Positions 18,609 to 29,533 are shown, numbered from the stretch's first letter. The stretch is 63,335 nucleotides of DNA from an uncultured Eubacterium sp. (GCA_947090545.1 CAMUPC010000001.1:1-63335), one strand, 5' to 3'. The notes: generated by a model from the sequence alone, not told the origin. Translations and numbers: made by a program.

Positions 18609-20675
18609 ATGGCGAATGGAATGGGTTCTATTTTCGTAGGACATTCAGGATTAAAAGCTTCTCAAGATTCGATTCATAATGTAGCGAACAACCTGGCTAA
18701 CGTAAATACCCCCGGGTATGTACGTCAGCAGGTTGTTTTTCGTGATGCACGCTACAGCAATCTGGCATATTCAAAAAATAACTACAAAAAATTAATTGGA
18801 CAGGGAACCTCCATCGGAGAGATTGTCCATGCGAGAGATATTTTTCTGGATAAGGCTTTCCGCACAGAGAATGGGAGACAGTCTTACTATGCGGCAACTT
18901 ATGAAGCAGTCGATGAAGTGCAGAATTATTTTCAGGAATTGGAAGGGACAGCTTTCCAGCAGATCTTAAACGGTGATCAGACGAGTTTGTGGCAGGCATT
19001 TGAAGAGTTTTCCAAAGACCCTTCGGATATGGCGGCGCAAAACCTGGTGATTCAGAGGGCGAGCTTATTTGCGACCCGTTCGCAGGCTTTATTTAAGGGC
19101 TTGATGAATTATCAGACAAATATCAATATACAGATCAACGACGACATCGACGAGATCAATGAATATATAAAGACGATTTATGATCTGAACAAACAGATCC
19201 AGGGGATCGAAGCCGGAGGACGCGAGACGGCGATGAACGAGCGCGACGCCAGAGATTATGCGCTCGACCAGCTCAGCAAATTCGGCCACGTTACATATGA
19301 GGAAAGAGCAAACGGGTCAGTCGCTGTCAAATTTGAAGGCGAGCTTGTAGCCGACAATATGTTTTGCTATACGATGGGCAAAAAGATAGACCCGATGACC
19401 GGATATATTACACCGTACTGGCCGCACTTATCGCATGAAGATGCCGGCAGGTATACGGAAGTATTTGACTTTACAAGAGAGATCTGCACACAGTTTAATA
19501 CGGATATCGGTGAATTAAAGGCTCTTGTACAGGCAAGAGGAACGACAGTATCTAATTTTAACGATATCTTAAATGCAGACCCGGACCGATATGACGCGAC
19601 AGTCGGATTGTCGATTATGCAGAATACACAGGCAGAATTTGACCAGTTGATCCACGGCATTGTGACACAGATCAACGACCTGCTGTCACCGAATAAAAAT
19701 ATGGATGAGCTGCTTGTGGAAAACGAGGACGGCACCTATTCGGTCTATAAAAATGTCAAGGTATTGGACGAGGAAAACTGCTGTGTAGGCGCAGACGGCA
19801 AAAAGCCGCCGCAGGAATTATTTACCAGGTCGGGATGCGAACGCTACCGCAAAGTAACCGCATATGATAAAGAAGCCGGAGAATGGCGCGATTATTATAT
19901 GTACAACGAAGAAGATGTAAATGATTCCGTATCGATTACATTAAATAACGGGAAAACCTACCGGGTGTTTAATGACAGAAAAGAGCCGAAGGCTACGACA
20001 GTCAGCACGGTTGACACGTCGAATCAGGATATCGCGAAAGATGCGGATGGAAGAATTAAAGTAATCGTAGGAGCAGATGGAAAAATAACCGGTATTGAGA
20101 CAAAAACGGCTGGTGGTGTTGCTGGCAGTATACCGCTTACAACCTCGGGAGAAAAACCATACTGCCCATGGGATAAGCCAGGAAATGAGAAATACACCAA
20201 TCAAAAAATCGATGGTTCCTGGGTGTTAAATGAAAATTATCATTACGATACATCCAAACAGTATACTTCTCTGGAAATCGAGATTAATTATGACTTGTTA
20301 ACGAATATCACAAATCTTCCGCACAAGCACGATGATGAAAAGATCGCTCACGATATGGCGATTAATCTGACAAAGCTGTGGGATAACGCGACGCTTTCCA
20401 TTAATCCGCGTTATACCCAGGCAAAATATAATTACAGTGATTATTACAAAGAAATGATCGGCGAGATCGGAATTATCGGATCTCTTTATGGAACGACAGC
20501 CGAAAAGCTGGAAGGAACCGTATCAGCGGTGGAAAACCAGCGAAATGAAGTGATCGGCGTATCCTCCGACGAGGAATTAACACGGATGATTAAATATCAG
20601 AATGCTTATAATGCTTCCAGCCGTTATATCCAGACAATCAGTGATATGATCGAGATGCTTGTAACGATGCTTTAA
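18609..20675 (+). CDS. flgK: Hook-associated protein FlgK (copy 1)
   Basis: NNLANVNTPGYVRQ, ARDIFLD; C-terminal GVSSDEELTRMIKYQNAYNASSR. Confidence 0.92.
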   Translation: MANGMGSIFVGHSGLKASQDSIHNVANNLANVNTPGYVRQQVVFRDARYSNLAYSKNNYKKLIGQGTSIGEIVHARDIFLDKAFRTENGRQSYYAATYEAVDEVQNYFQELEGTAFQQILNGDQTSLWQAFEEFSKDPSDMAAQNLVIQRASLFATRSQALFKGLMNYQTNINIQINDDIDEINEYIKTIYDLNKQIQGIEAGGRETAMNERDARDYALDQLSKFGHVTYEERANGSVAVKFEGELVADNMFCYTMGKKIDPMTGYITPYWPHLSHEDAGRYTEVFDFTREICTQFNTDIGELKALVQARGTTVSNFNDILNADPDRYDATVGLSIMQNTQAEFDQLIHGIVTQINDLLSPNKNMDELLVENEDGTYSVYKNVKVLDEENCCVGADGKKPPQELFTRSGCERYRKVTAYDKEAGEWRDYYMYNEEDVNDSVSITLNNGKTYRVFNDRKEPKATTVSTVDTSNQDIAKDADGRIKVIVGADGKITGIETKTAGGVAGSIPLTTSGEKPYCPWDKPGNEKYTNQKIDGSWVLNENYHYDTSKQYTSLEIEINYDLLTNITNLPHKHDDEKIAHDMAINLTKLWDNATLSINPRYTQAKYNYSDYYKEMIGEIGIIGSLYGTTAEKLEGTVSAVENQRNEVIGVSSDEELTRMIKYQNAYNASSRYIQTISDMIEMLVTML

Positions 20676-20693
20676 GAGACGTGAGGTGAATAT

Positions 20694-22670
20694 ATGAGTT
20701 CTACATTTTTTGGTTTAAATATCGGCTGGTCTGCATTAAATGCATTTTCAGCTTCTATCAATACAACAGCAAACAACGTATCCAACGCAAACACGCCAGG
20801 CTACAGCAAACAGGTTGTCAACCTTGTAGCAAAAGCATCCCTGCGCAACCATACGTACGGTACGTTGGGCAGCGGCGTAGACGCGGACTCCATTGTGCAG
20901 ATGCGCAATACTTACTATGATGTAAAATACTGGACGAACAACAGCAATGTCGGGCAGTACGAGAAAAAAGGCTATTATATGTCACAGATTGAAAATCTGT
21001 ACCGGGACGACGACCAGAAGCTTGCCGGATTTTCCACCTTGTATTCCAAGATGTTTAATTCGATCGATTCTTTAAAAGGCAACCCGGCAGACCTGTATAT
21101 CCGTACACAGTTTATTAACAATGCGGGAAGCCTGACCGAATATTTCAACAATATGTACCATAACCTGAGTACGATTCAGGCAGACTGCAACCAGGAAGTC
21201 AGCGCGCTCGTTACACAGATCAATTCGTTTGCGCAGAAGATCTCGATTATCAATGAAAAGATTAATACGATCGAGATTCAGGGCAGGCGTGCCAATGAGC
21301 TGCGCGACCAGCGTGCGTATATGCTGGATCAGCTCTCAGCGATCGTGCCGATCGAGATCGAAGAGACAGAGGTTATGAACAGCAACGACCCGGATTCTTA
21401 TGTCGGCGGCACACGCTTCCGTGTACGCGTAGAAGGACAGTTGCTGGTAGACGGCAAAGAATTTAATACGCTGGAATGCTATGCCAGAGAAGAAAAGGTA
21501 AACCAGAATGACCTGGACGGCCTGTACGATATCCGCTGGTCACATACCAAAAATGAATTTAATGCCAACTCCGACACGATGTCCGGCGAGTTAAAAGCCG
21601 TTTTAAATATCCGCGACGGCAACAATAAAGAGAATTTCCAGGGCACCTTGTCCAAGGTAGATATTGCAAACTCAGAAATACGCATTACAAACCCGAACAT
21701 TACGTCCGTAGAAGCGATGAATATGCCGGCTTCAGGAGAAATTATTATTGCAAACCGCTCGTATGCTTATTCCAGTTTTGAAATGACCGTAACGTATGAC
21801 ATCAATAACAAGCCTTCGTATGAGTATGTATTTAAAATGAAAGAAGGCGTTGATATGTCATCGATGGCAGGCAAGAGCGGCAGAGAAGTCAGCGTCGGCA
21901 GGGCAATCGATTCCCGCGGCGTACCTTATTATATGTCACAGATGAATGAATTTCTGCGTTCCTTCTGCCGCAAATTCAACGATTTCCAGATCTATGGCAA
22001 AGGAGACGGCACGCTGGACGCAGACGGAAACGCAGTGCCTGGCCAGCGTTATGAGATCGATCCGGTAACAGGAAAAGCAAAGCCAATCGAGATCAATTAC
22101 CAGTACGGCGGCGTCGATACAGACGGCAAGCAGATGGGCGCGTTTTTCGTAGCACTCAATACAGACGGTACGGAAAACACATTTTTAGATACGAAGAAAT
22201 CAGACGGAGAAGAAGGCAAAAGGGTAACATACAGCTCCAATGCAATCGGCGGCAATTACTATCAGCTTACAGCAGGAAACTTAAGGGTTAATGACAAGAG
22301 CCTGCACGATTCCAATTACCTTGCCACATCCAGGCGCACCGATACGCACGAAAGCGATGCCAGCCTGGTAGACGATATTCTGGAGCTGGAAGCAAAGACC
22401 GTTATCTACAGAGGTTCCGGCGGCGACCAGTTTTTGCAGTATATTATTTCCGATATTTCGATCGACGCCAATGAAGCAGATATTTTGGCTCAGAACTATT
22501 CCGATATCGGCACAACGATCGATACTTACCGGATGTCCATATCCAGCGTCGATGAGGATGAAGAAGGAATGGACCTGGTAAAATTCAACAACGCTTACAA
22601 TCTGGCGTCAAAGATTATATCTACACTGAATCAGATGTACGACCGCCTGATTACGCAGACCGGTGTATAA
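20694..22670 (+). CDS. flgK: Hook-associated protein FlgK (copy 2)
   Basis: NNVSNANTPGYSKQ, ANELRDQR; C-terminal SVDEDEEGMDLVKFNNAYNLASK. Confidence 0.92.
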   Translation: MSSTFFGLNIGWSALNAFSASINTTANNVSNANTPGYSKQVVNLVAKASLRNHTYGTLGSGVDADSIVQMRNTYYDVKYWTNNSNVGQYEKKGYYMSQIENLYRDDDQKLAGFSTLYSKMFNSIDSLKGNPADLYIRTQFINNAGSLTEYFNNMYHNLSTIQADCNQEVSALVTQINSFAQKISIINEKINTIEIQGRRANELRDQRAYMLDQLSAIVPIEIEETEVMNSNDPDSYVGGTRFRVRVEGQLLVDGKEFNTLECYAREEKVNQNDLDGLYDIRWSHTKNEFNANSDTMSGELKAVLNIRDGNNKENFQGTLSKVDIANSEIRITNPNITSVEAMNMPASGEIIIANRSYAYSSFEMTVTYDINNKPSYEYVFKMKEGVDMSSMAGKSGREVSVGRAIDSRGVPYYMSQMNEFLRSFCRKFNDFQIYGKGDGTLDADGNAVPGQRYEIDPVTGKAKPIEINYQYGGVDTDGKQMGAFFVALNTDGTENTFLDTKKSDGEEGKRVTYSSNAIGGNYYQLTAGNLRVNDKSLHDSNYLATSRRTDTHESDASLVDDILELEAKTVIYRGSGGDQFLQYIISDISIDANEADILAQNYSDIGTTIDTYRMSISSVDEDEEGMDLVKFNNAYNLASKIISTLNQMYDRLITQTGV

Positions 22671-22688
22671 AAAGGAGGGAACAGCCAT

Positions 22689-24536
22689 ATGATGCGAGTA
22701 ACCAACTCTATGATCGTCAAGCGCACCAAGACGAATATCAATTCCAACAGGGCGCAGGTCGATTATACAAACAACCAGATGTCAACACAGAAGAAGATTA
22801 CAAAGCCTTCTGACGATCCGATCATTGCGATTCGTTCCCTGCGCCTGCGCAGCACTTTAAGCACGATCACACAGTATTACCGCAACAATATCTCCGACGC
22901 GGAATCCTGGATGGACTGCACCGGAACAGCACTGAAAAACATGAAAGACCTGCTCGACGACGCCTACAGCCGCGTCGTATACGGGGCAACCGATGAACTC
23001 CAGCCAGAGGACCGCCAGACAATCTTAAAGGCACTACAGTCCTTACAGCAGCAGGTATACTGCGAAGGAAACGCAGATTATGCCAGACGGACGGTATTTA
23101 CCGGATTTAAGACAAATGAAAACCTTACCTTTATGAACAATAAAGAAGCGAAGGAAGAAGAATATGATATTACCGAGCGGTTTGACTATCAGGATGTAGA
23201 CAAGAAAAATTATTATCCAGAAGCGTTTGACGATACTTCGGACGGTGCGGTAGCCACAAACGGGAAACATCCTGATGTGTTTAACGAAGTGGAATTAAAC
23301 CGGATCAGGCTTGCTTATGATAAGATTTCTGCGGATGGAAATTCGCTGAATATTTCATACAAAGATGAAAATGGAAAAGAAGTTGCGGTTGGGCTGAATT
23401 CTGCGAATGGGAATATTGAATTTGGATTGATGGGCGGCAAAATCGAGGTCAGCCTTGATAAGACACAGCAGCCTGTTAAGGCGGAAATGCAGATCAAACA
23501 GCCTCTGGAAAATGGATATCAGATTCATGAGACACAAAATGGAGACACTTACACTTACAGCGTATATAAAGATGCTGATTGGGATTTTAACCAAAATCCT
23601 CCTGAACCGAAACCGAATGCAGTTCCAGAGCAGACCGTATCTGTAAATGTTGTAGATTCTGCGAATCAAAATGACGCATATTTAACAGCAAACATCGGAA
23701 CTGCCGCAAAACCGCAGGCAATTAGTTACCGGGTATCAAATACGGCAGATCTAAAGGCAGCAGATTATAAGCTGGGCGACAGTGAAATCGTATTCGACCA
23801 GGAAAGCGGCGAATTAATTTTTAATGACAGCGTTGCAGATGCTTTGGATGCTAACAGGGCCAACATAACCTTTGACTATCATAAAAAAGGTTTTGAAGAA
23901 GGCGAGCTCCGCCCGGAATACTACTTCGACTGCACAAGGTATATGAAGGACAGGGACAATATCGTATACGAAAACTTCGATGAAAACGGCAACTGGAAAA
24001 CACAGGCAATCTACTACAACATCGCAGGCGGCCAGCAGATGCAGATCAATACCGAAGGACGGGAAGTATTTAACTCCGATATCCGCCGTGATATGGACGA
24101 CCTGATCGATATTGTAAGCGCCGCGATTACGGCGCAAAAGACCGTCGATGATATTAAGACAAAGATTGAGTCCGGCAATTACAAGGATGAGGAGCTCGAA
24201 AGCCTGAACAAATGGTATGACGCGGCAAAGAAGCAGCTCGATTATGCAAACCAGAACATGCATGATACTTACAGCTCTTATATCACAAGGTTCCAGGGAT
24301 ATCTGGATACAGTCAACCTGGAAATCACAGACCTGGGCGGACGCGGAGAGCGCGTGGATATGACAAAGAGCCGCATGAGCGTTCAGGAATCTACATTTAA
24401 AGAATTAAAATCCATCAATGAAGATATGGATTTATCTGACCTGGTGATTAATTATACGGCAGCATCCGTCGCTTATCAGGCAGCTTTGCAGGCAGCGGCA
24501 AAGATCGGCAAGATGACATTGCTGGATTTTCTATAA
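22689..24536 (+). CDS. flgL: Hook-associated protein FlgL with a long central insert
   Basis: MRVTNSM, KKITKPSDDP; C-terminal AYQAALQAAAKIGKMTLLDFL. Confidence 0.92.
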   Translation: MMRVTNSMIVKRTKTNINSNRAQVDYTNNQMSTQKKITKPSDDPIIAIRSLRLRSTLSTITQYYRNNISDAESWMDCTGTALKNMKDLLDDAYSRVVYGATDELQPEDRQTILKALQSLQQQVYCEGNADYARRTVFTGFKTNENLTFMNNKEAKEEEYDITERFDYQDVDKKNYYPEAFDDTSDGAVATNGKHPDVFNEVELNRIRLAYDKISADGNSLNISYKDENGKEVAVGLNSANGNIEFGLMGGKIEVSLDKTQQPVKAEMQIKQPLENGYQIHETQNGDTYTYSVYKDADWDFNQNPPEPKPNAVPEQTVSVNVVDSANQNDAYLTANIGTAAKPQAISYRVSNTADLKAADYKLGDSEIVFDQESGELIFNDSVADALDANRANITFDYHKKGFEEGELRPEYYFDCTRYMKDRDNIVYENFDENGNWKTQAIYYNIAGGQQMQINTEGREVFNSDIRRDMDDLIDIVSAAITAQKTVDDIKTKIESGNYKDEELESLNKWYDAAKKQLDYANQNMHDTYSSYITRFQGYLDTVNLEITDLGGRGERVDMTKSRMSVQESTFKELKSINEDMDLSDLVINYTAASVAYQAALQAAAKIGKMTLLDFL

Positions 24537-24547
24537 AACTAAGACAC

Positions 24548-24587
24548 GGACGTCAGGAACATGAATTTGTTTTTGGCGTCCATCTTT
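24548..24587 (+). terminator. Stem-loop after flgL
   Basis: GGACGTCAGGAACA/TGTTTTTGGCGTCC, whose mismatches are all G.U on the + strand; weak U-tail. Confidence 0.45.
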
Positions 24588-24615
24588 AACAATAGCATGA
24601 ATGAAGGAGAATAGG

Positions 24616-25071
24616 ATGAAGGCAGATACGAGATTATTTGGCGAGATTGATATTCAGGACGACAAGATCATCAAATTAAAAGAAGGTATTATCGGATTCC
24701 CGGATCTACAGAACTTCACGTTGATATATGATGAAGAAAAAAAAGACAAAGGCGGCGTCAAATGGCTGCAATCGATGGATGACCCGGAATTTGCGATGCC
24801 TGTAATCAATCCTCTGGATGTAAAGCCAGACTACAGTCCGACCGTGAACGAAGAAGAATTGAAAATACTGGGCGATATGCCGGAAGGCAGCACGTTTATA
24901 CTAGTGACAATCACCGTGCCGAAGGAAATCGAGAAAATGTCAGTGAATCTCAAAGCCCCGTTTATCATCAACATGGAAAATTTACACGGAGCACAGATCA
25001 TTGTCGAAGACGATTTTCCTGTAAAATATATGATCTATGATATCTTAAATAAGAAAAAGGCAGGTGAGTAG
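24616..25071 (+). CDS. fliW: Flagellar assembly factor FliW
   Basis: TRLFGEIDI, GIIGFPD, WLQSMDDP, SVNLKAPFIIN; adjacent to csrA. Confidence 0.95.
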   Translation: MKADTRLFGEIDIQDDKIIKLKEGIIGFPDLQNFTLIYDEEKKDKGGVKWLQSMDDPEFAMPVINPLDVKPDYSPTVNEEELKILGDMPEGSTFILVTITVPKEIEKMSVNLKAPFIINMENLHGAQIIVEDDFPVKYMIYDILNKKKAGE

Positions 25072-25073
25072 AT

Positions 25074-25289
25074 ATGTTGGCGTTGACCAGAAAAAAAGGC
25101 GAAGCACTGGTACTGAACAATAATATTGAAGTAACAATATTAGAAATCCGCGGCGATCAGGTAAAGATCGGCGTATCTGCTCCAAAGGAAATCCCGATTT
25201 ACCGCAAGGAAGTTTATCTCCAGATCCAGAAAGAAAATGAAGAATCCTCCAATGCGGAAAGTATGGAAATTCTGAAAAATATGTTTTGA
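25074..25289 (+). CDS. csrA: Carbon storage regulator CsrA
   Basis: MLALTRKKGE...VKIGVSAPKEIPIYRKEVY. Confidence 0.97.
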   Translation: MLALTRKKGEALVLNNNIEVTILEIRGDQVKIGVSAPKEIPIYRKEVYLQIQKENEESSNAESMEILKNMF

Positions 25290-25292
25290 TCT

Positions 25293-25319
25293 TAATATTT
25301 TGACTGTTTGAACCGATAT
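25293..25319 (+). promoter_or_regulatory. Sigma-D promoter of flaG-fliD-fliS
   Basis: TAAT-N15-ACCGATAT. Confidence 0.7.
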
Positions 25320-25375
25320 AAAAAGCAATAGGAGTAGTGGGCAAGCCAGAGCATTCGCAGGGAGGTGATAATGGT

Positions 25376-25816
25376 ATGGCAATAGAAGCAATGAGCACCG
25401 CTGCGGCGACGTATCAGGGACGTGTGTCTAATGCAGCAAATCCGAAAAGCAAAGCATCTGTCAGGACAGCATCATCAGAAACAGCTACGGAAGTACCAGA
25501 AGAACCGGTTGACTCCGGCTCTGAACTCAAGCTGTTTGAACCCGCAAGGGAAGAAAAAGGTGAGCGCAGGGATTATCAGGGCGGCGGACAGAAAAGCAAT
25601 AAGCAGCTCGAACAGGCAATCGAAAAATTCAAGAAAAGCATTAATCATAAGACAGAGGCAGTATTCGGTATACACGAGGGTACAAACCGTGTGACAATTA
25701 AAATCGTAGATAAAGAATCAAAAGATATTTTAAAAGAATATCCGCCGGAGCAGACACTGGATATGATCCAGAAGGTATGGGAAATGGCAGGTATTATGGT
25801 AGATGAAAAATTATAG
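25376..25816 (+). CDS. flaG: FlaG-family protein
   Basis: FGIHEGTNRVTIKIVDKESKDILKEYPPEQTLD...GIMVDEKL; RBS GGAGGTG. Confidence 0.92.
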   Translation: MAIEAMSTAAATYQGRVSNAANPKSKASVRTASSETATEVPEEPVDSGSELKLFEPAREEKGERRDYQGGGQKSNKQLEQAIEKFKKSINHKTEAVFGIHEGTNRVTIKIVDKESKDILKEYPPEQTLDMIQKVWEMAGIMVDEKL

Positions 25817-25846
25817 CATAACCAGTTGGGTATAGGAGGTTAGAGT

Positions 25847-27328
25847 ATGACAATCAGAATCACAGGCATGAATTCCGGTCTGGATACGGATGCGATTATT
25901 ACCGAATTAGTATCCGCATATAAGGCAAAGGGCGACAAATATGTAAAATCGCAGACAAAGCTTTCCTGGACACAGGATCTTTGGAAATCTTTAAATACAA
26001 AGATTTTTAATTTTTATAAGAGCCTGGATAAGCTGCGTCTGGGATCTTCGGTAAAGAAGAAAACGACGGTGTCTGATCCGACGAAGGCGACGATTACGGC
26101 AGGAAGCGGCGCTGTAAGCGGGACACAGACGTTAACGGTCAATAAGCTTGCAACTGGCAAGTATGTTACAGGCGAGGTGTTAAAGAAGGGTTCCGAAGAA
26201 AAAATAACCTCAAATGATACTTTGGCAAGCCTTGGTTATACAGGCAGTGAAACAATTAAAATTGAGGGCAGCGAAGGCAGTGTTGATATTGCTGTAGATG
26301 GTACTACTACGATCAGCGATTTTGTGAAAAAGATTAATGATGCAGGCGTAGGAGTGAAAGCATCTTTTGATGCAGGGAACCAGCGTCTTTTTATTTCTTC
26401 TGCAAAAACAGGTAAAGAAAATTCATTTACGATGACAGGTACCGGCGATGCATTAGACAAACTGGGATTAACAGAAGCGAGCGGAGCAGTTGTAAAAGAT
26501 GCTATGGATGCTGAAATCGAATTAAATGGCGCTACGTATACTTCTTCTAACAATACATTTAATGTGAACGGCTTGACAATCCAGGCAACAGCTAAGACAG
26601 ACGGCAAAGAGCTGAGCATTACAACAGATACAGACACGCAGGGTATGTATGATAATATTAAAGAATTCATATCCAGCTACAATGATTTAATTAACGAGCT
26701 GTCATCTTACTACAATGCAGATTCAGCAAAAGGATATGAGCCTTTGACAGCAGATGAAAAAGACGCAATGTCTGAATCGGATATCGCAGAGTGGGAAAAG
26801 AAGATCAAAGGTTCCCTGCTGCGCAGAGACAGTACATTGAGCGGCATTATGAGTGCTATGACAACAGCAATGTCCTCGACAGTTACCGTAAATGGAAAGA
26901 GCTTTGGGCTTGCAAACCTGGGCATTAAATCTTTAGGCTATTTTGCAAGTTCCAAAAACGAGAAAAATGCCCTTCACATAGACGGTGATGAGGATGATTC
27001 CTTCTCTTCTGAAAATGAAGATAAATTAATGGCGATGCTGAACTCAGATCCTGAAGCTGTGAATGAGATTATCAAAGGGATCGCATCTAAGCTCTATAGT
27101 AATCTGGATGAAAAGCTGAAAGGCTCCACAACGCTAAAGAGTGCTTACACCGTATATAACGACAAAGAGATGGCAAAGAGCTACAGCGACTATACCACGA
27201 AGATCAAAGAGTGGAATGAAAAGGTTGCGAAAATTGAGGATTCTTATTACAAAAAATTCTCAGCAATGGAAGTCGCATTGGGTAAGCTGCAAAGCCAGAT
27301 GTCTGCATTTACAGGAATGTTAGGTTAA
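25847..27328 (+). CDS. fliD: Flagellar filament cap FliD
   Basis: RITGMNSGLDTDAII, YEPLTADEK, WEKKIKGSLLRRD, YYKKFSAME. Confidence 0.95.
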   Translation: MTIRITGMNSGLDTDAIITELVSAYKAKGDKYVKSQTKLSWTQDLWKSLNTKIFNFYKSLDKLRLGSSVKKKTTVSDPTKATITAGSGAVSGTQTLTVNKLATGKYVTGEVLKKGSEEKITSNDTLASLGYTGSETIKIEGSEGSVDIAVDGTTTISDFVKKINDAGVGVKASFDAGNQRLFISSAKTGKENSFTMTGTGDALDKLGLTEASGAVVKDAMDAEIELNGATYTSSNNTFNVNGLTIQATAKTDGKELSITTDTDTQGMYDNIKEFISSYNDLINELSSYYNADSAKGYEPLTADEKDAMSESDIAEWEKKIKGSLLRRDSTLSGIMSAMTTAMSSTVTVNGKSFGLANLGIKSLGYFASSKNEKNALHIDGDEDDSFSSENEDKLMAMLNSDPEAVNEIIKGIASKLYSNLDEKLKGSTTLKSAYTVYNDKEMAKSYSDYTTKIKEWNEKVAKIEDSYYKKFSAMEVALGKLQSQMSAFTGMLG

Positions 27329-27369
27329 TAAATAATTCAGTAATCTATCCAATTTAAAATGGGGTAAAC

Positions 27370-27422
27370 GCCCTGCAGTTTTTTCAACTGCAAGCCTAAA
27401 AACTTGCAGTATGCTGCAGGGC
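27370..27422. terminator. Long stem-loop between fliD and fliS
   Basis: GCCCTGCAG...ACTGCAAG-loop-CTTGCAGT...CTGCAGGGC. No clear U-tail, so it may be a stabiliser or processing site. Confidence 0.45.
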
Positions 27423-27487
27423 TGTTATTGGTTTGAGTGCAAAGCATCCAAACCTTATTTAATGTCAAATATCAGGGAGGATTCGGG

Positions 27488-27871
27488 ATGTTAAAAAATA
27501 ATGCATATTCAGCGTATGCAACGAATAAGATACTGACAGCGACGCCGGCGGAGCTGACACTAATGTTATATGAAGGCGCTATCAAATTTTGCAATATAGC
27601 CGTAAAAGCAGTCGAAGATAAAGATATTGAAAAAGCTCACGAAAATATTGTAAAAGCGGAAAAGATTATAGAAGAATTCCAGGCGACGTTAAATCATAAA
27701 TATGAAGTAGCAAAGGATTTTGACAATGTATACAATTATTTGCACGATCGACTGGTAGAAGCAAATATGAAAAAGGACAAAGAGATTCTGGAAGAGGTAT
27801 TAGGACATTTACGTACGATGAGAGATACATGGAAAGAAGTTATGCGTTTAACGTCCGTACAGCAATCGTGA
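27488..27871 (+). CDS. fliS: Flagellin chaperone FliS
   Basis: ILTATPAELTLMLYEGAIKF, LRTMRDTWKE; RBS GGGAGG. Confidence 0.95.
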   Translation: MLKNNAYSAYATNKILTATPAELTLMLYEGAIKFCNIAVKAVEDKDIEKAHENIVKAEKIIEEFQATLNHKYEVAKDFDNVYNYLHDRLVEANMKKDKEILEEVLGHLRTMRDTWKEVMRLTSVQQS

Positions 27872-27886
27872 TGAAGAGGGGTATCT

Positions 27887-28366
27887 ATGCAGGAACGTGA
27901 TTATCTTGATATATTGACACAAAGTCTGACAAAAAAGCTTGCAGTTTTAGAGGAAATCCGCAAAAAAAATGAAGAGCAGAGAGTCTTGCTGCTGGATGAC
28001 GACCTGGGACCGGAAGAGTTTGAAAAAAATATAGAAAGTAAAGGAAAGCTCGTAGACAGCCTGGAAATGCTGGATGAAGGATTTGATCATATCTATGAGC
28101 GTGTAAAAGAAGAATTAGCTGAAAATAAAGATCAGTATAAAGAGCAGATTCAAAAATTACAGGATCTGATTCGTGATATTATGGCACAGAGCAACAGTAT
28201 CCAGGCTGAGGAACAGCGCAATTATAAACTGGCACAGACGAAATTCAGCGATATTAAAAAGCAGATCCGTGAAGTAAAAACAAGTCAGAATGCAGTTCAG
28301 CAGTATTATCGGAATATGATGAAGGTAAATTATATTGATGCGCAGTTTATGGATAATAAAAAATAA
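27887..28366 (+). CDS. FliT/FlgN-like helical flagellar chaperone
   Basis: Coiled-coil protein directly after fliS; ends FMDNKK. Confidence 0.6.
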   Translation: MQERDYLDILTQSLTKKLAVLEEIRKKNEEQRVLLLDDDLGPEEFEKNIESKGKLVDSLEMLDEGFDHIYERVKEELAENKDQYKEQIQKLQDLIRDIMAQSNSIQAEEQRNYKLAQTKFSDIKKQIREVKTSQNAVQQYYRNMMKVNYIDAQFMDNKK

Positions 28367-28583
28367 TGAGTTATTGATATCATTTGTATATAGGAAAAAT
28401 TTAATAGTATTACGTAGAGCAGTTTATCTTTTTGGATAACTGCTCTTTTGGTTATTATGGAAAGAATCGCATATGTATCCCTTCTATGTGATGAATAAGT
28501 AAAATAATGCCATATATGGTAGTTGTTTGAGCATAAAAAGTAATAGAATGAAACAAAAGACCATAAAAGGAAGGGATTATAAC

Positions 28584-28826
28584 ATGGACGTACAAAAGAA
28601 GTTATCACAAAGAATACAACTCTTATGTAAAAGGCAAGGAATATCCTTTTACACACTGTCTTACAAGGCAGCGGTTCCAATGACAACATTAATGCATATC
28701 ATTAATTGTTCAACGAAAAATCCGGGCATTTTTACACTGATCAAGATCTGTAATGGCTTGGATATAACAATTAAAGATTTTTTTGATACGAAGGAATTTA
28801 TAGATATCGAGTATGAACCTGAATGA
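28584..28826 (+). CDS. XRE/Cro-family HTH regulator
   Basis: RIQLLCKRQGISFYTLSYKAAVPMTTLMHII...NPGIFTLIKICNGLDITIKDFF; ATG 28584 follows a purine-rich RBS. Confidence 0.85.
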   Translation: MDVQKKLSQRIQLLCKRQGISFYTLSYKAAVPMTTLMHIINCSTKNPGIFTLIKICNGLDITIKDFFDTKEFIDIEYEPE

Positions 28827-29523
28827 AGACCCAGAATTATGGATAAGTAAAACAATCGTAAAGCTGCTTGATTTAATAAAATGGCCATTCAAATATCTGC
28901 CCCAAATAAAAGAGGATTTGATGGTATTTATTTTTCCGGCTTTTGTCGCGGCATTTATTTCAATTGCGACGGTATCGTTTCGTACAATTGTACAGAAGGC
29001 TCTGCACAGGATGCGGTTTCATGACGAGCAGTACCAGATCATGCAGGAATTTTACCCGGCATTTCAGATACAGCTCATCAGGCTAAAGGCATCCATGTCA
29101 GAGATAGAAAATGGTACGCTGTGCATGAATCTGAGAGTTGCTGTCAGAAAATATCTGGAATTTGAAAAAGACGCAGAAGAATATTTTCTGAAAAATGAAA
29201 AAGATCTCGAAATCATTGAGCTTCTCTGTGCAGCAATCAAAGATTTGATGGACAGGTTAGCGGAGATGAATCATTTTCTGGCCGAATCGATCATACCAAA
29301 GCCGCCGTTGACGCATCCATTCCTGCGAAAAAGAGTGCATCACATGCTGGCGCTGCTGCAATATTATGCATTTATTTGGGGACAGTACAGTATGGAAGAA
29401 ATCGATATAAATGTATTTCAAAAGAAGATGCAGGATTTCATAGATTATTGGAAGGTAGAGCCTGGATGTGCAAAGATAGACGAGTATCTTTGCCTGCTGG
29501 AAGAATGGTTTTTAAAATTTTGA
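28813..29523 (+). CDS. Hypothetical membrane-anchored protein, paralog 1
   Basis: TM LMVFIFPAFVAAFISIATV; shares MQxFYPxF, LRxxxxKY..KD and YxxLLxxWFxK motifs with the next two ORFs. Confidence 0.75.
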   Translation: MNLNEDPELWISKTIVKLLDLIKWPFKYLPQIKEDLMVFIFPAFVAAFISIATVSFRTIVQKALHRMRFHDEQYQIMQEFYPAFQIQLIRLKASMSEIENGTLCMNLRVAVRKYLEFEKDAEEYFLKNEKDLEIIELLCAAIKDLMDRLAEMNHFLAESIIPKPPLTHPFLRKRVHHMLALLQYYAFIWGQYSMEEIDINVFQKKMQDFIDYWKVEPGCAKIDEYLCLLEEWFLKF

Positions 29524-29533
29524 CACGAAAACG

